DNA of 64,000 nucleotides from NCBI GenBank assembly GCA_947564265.1, contig CANOBK010000005.1, positions 66,548 through 130,547 of the forward strand. Reading direction: 5' to 3'. The notes beneath the pieces were generated by a model that saw only the letters and a program-made list of their open reading frames with translations, ran no database searches and was not told the origin of the DNA. This document shows, one piece after another, positions 62,816 to 64,000 of this stretch (position 1 is its first letter; every line of letters starts with the position of its first letter). The position numbers and the translations under genes are program-made. Source of the stretch: an uncultured Bacillales bacterium. Lineage in GTDB: Bacteria; Bacillota_I; Bacilli_A; RF39; UBA660.

Positions 62816-63397
62816 ATGGGAAAATTAGGAGAAACAAAACTTGCGAAGGGAATCATTGAAGAAATGAGGAGTATTTTAACATTGCCTGTTCAAAGGAGTG
62901 AAAATGAAATATCATTCGGAGAATTTATGAAAGTTTATGATCCATCGATTGAAAGTCATAATTTTACCTATTTAGTACCAGATAGTCGTAATTTTCTAAA
63001 TCTGCAGATTTATAATACGATGTTAAAACATCCTTTTATTGTTTTAAAGTTAGAACATCCTCTAATCTATCGAGATGGGTCAGCTTTAGAATTCCATTTT
63101 GATCCAACTAGTAGAAAGAAGAGTGAAGGTTTAGAAGGCTTATTCACGGGACGTGCTTATACTGCACATCTTGGAAGAACGATTCAGTGTCCGAATGATT
63201 TTTTATATAATGAATTGATGAAATTAGATAGAGAACTCTATGAAGGATGGGAATCAGAAGCGTATCCTAGAGTGTTAGAAGATAAGCTTCGATTACGCTT
63301 AGAAGAAAAAGAATTTTTTAGAAGAGAATATTTTCCACAATCTATTCTAGATGCCATTGATGAAGAAAGAAAATCCCCAAAAATATATAGGAAGTAA
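62816..63397 (+). CDS. Hypothetical protein
   Basis: 193 aa, 5 nt after ttcA; no family recognised. Confidence 0.4.
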   Translation: MGKLGETKLAKGIIEEMRSILTLPVQRSENEISFGEFMKVYDPSIESHNFTYLVPDSRNFLNLQIYNTMLKHPFIVLKLEHPLIYRDGSALEFHFDPTSRKKSEGLEGLFTGRAYTAHLGRTIQCPNDFLYNELMKLDRELYEGWESEAYPRVLEDKLRLRLEEKEFFRREYFPQSILDAIDEERKSPKIYRK

Positions 63398-63471
63398 TCA
63401 ATCATTCAATTAAAAAATAAAAATGCAGATAGACGTTTATCTGCATTTCTTATGGATGAATGATATTAGTT

Positions 63472-63990
63472 CTATGAATTTCTAGCTTTTGATTTTATGA
63501 CTTTGGCAGGAATTCCAACAACGGTAGTGTTGGGTGGAACATCATGAAGTACGACAGCATTTGCACCTACTTTACTATTTTTCCCGATCGTGATGTTTCC
63601 CAAGATTTTGGCACCTGCGCCTATTAGGCATCCTTCTTCGATGGTAGGATGTCTTTTTCCATTATGATTTCCTCTTCCACCGAGTGTTACATTTTGGAAT
63701 ATGGTAACATGATCTTTAATTACTGCAGTTTCCCCAATGACTACACCCAGTCCATGATCAATGAATACACCTTCTCCGATGGTTGCACCTGGATGAATTT
63801 CCATTCCTGTCTTTTTCTTTGCCTTCATAGAAAGCCATCTTGCAATGGAGTAGTGTTTATGCAAGTAGAAGAAATGACTGATTTTATAGTAGATAAATGC
63901 ACGAAACCACGGATGAAAATATGCTTCAAACAGACTATGAATGGATGGATCCTTTTCATAAATAGCTTTACGAATTCTTTTAAATAACAA
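63472..63990 (-). CDS. cysE: Serine O-acetyltransferase (hexapeptide-repeat acyltransferase), N-terminus possibly beyond the window edge
   Basis: GMEIHPGATIGEGVFIDHGLGVVIGETA hexapeptide core typical of CysE. Confidence 0.8.
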   Translation of the reverse strand: MLFKRIRKAIYEKDPSIHSLFEAYFHPWFRAFIYYKISHFFYLHKHYSIARWLSMKAKKKTGMEIHPGATIGEGVFIDHGLGVVIGETAVIKDHVTIFQNVTLGGRGNHNGKRHPTIEEGCLIGAGAKILGNITIGKNSKVGANAVVLHDVPPNTTVVGIPAKVIKSKARNS

Positions 63991-64000
63991 AAAATCCCCT

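Noticed and set aside
1-64000. CRISPR arrays, tRNA/rRNA genes, IS elements and integrases
   Set aside because: No regularly spaced direct repeats, no cloverleaf-compatible tRNA-like segments, and no transposase or integrase-like ORFs were seen anywhere in the window.

Overview
This 64 kb window is AT-rich chromosomal DNA from a low-GC Firmicute. It carries spo0A and SpoIID-like and CwlD-like sporulation genes, and it has no rpmD gene between rpsE and rplO. Most of the window is conserved core genome, but several insertions break into the conserved loci.

Main blocks, in order:
- A minus-strand nucleotide-salvage-like cluster at 106-3913: AAA_28+CYTH fusion protein, a ThyX-like protein, a histidine phosphatase, tdk, and a Nudix/NrtR-like protein.
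- A fragmented glycolytic cluster at 4113-13303: pgk, then a flippase-like membrane protein and a GT4 glycosyltransferase, tpiA, a small ORF, spo0A, a lipoprotein, an AAA/DUF4143 ATPase, and gpmI.
- The complete S10-spc-alpha ribosomal super-operon at about 15787-30030, from the promoter through rpsJ to rplQ, including secY, adk, map, infA, rpmJ and rpoA. L3 carries an unusual acidic C-terminal tail.
- The conserved ecfA-ecfA'-ecfT-truA-rplM-rpsI locus at 32812-39134. The ECF ATPases look catalytically degenerate, and three tandem paralogous unknown genes sit between truA and rplM.
- A DUF3800 gene islet at 39141-40275, flanked by duplicated copies of the rpsI terminator.
- A metal-resistance pair (ArsR-family regulator plus a CadA-like P-type ATPase), cold-shock protein and Hsp20 genes, a LytTR response regulator, and a TetR-family regulator next to a 1266-aa MMPL transporter fused to a YhgE/Pip-like domain.
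- htpG, then an Abi_2 abortive-infection gene translationally coupled to an HtrA-like protease.
- The most novel-looking element: a minus-strand radical-SAM/SPASM enzyme gene at 60572-61633, immediately followed by a 78-aa precursor-like peptide at 60294-60530 carrying two GPC(A/G)ACGAC cysteine repeats. This looks like an uncharacterised RiPP (ranthipeptide/sactipeptide-like) biosynthetic pair.

No rRNA, tRNA or CRISPR array was seen.
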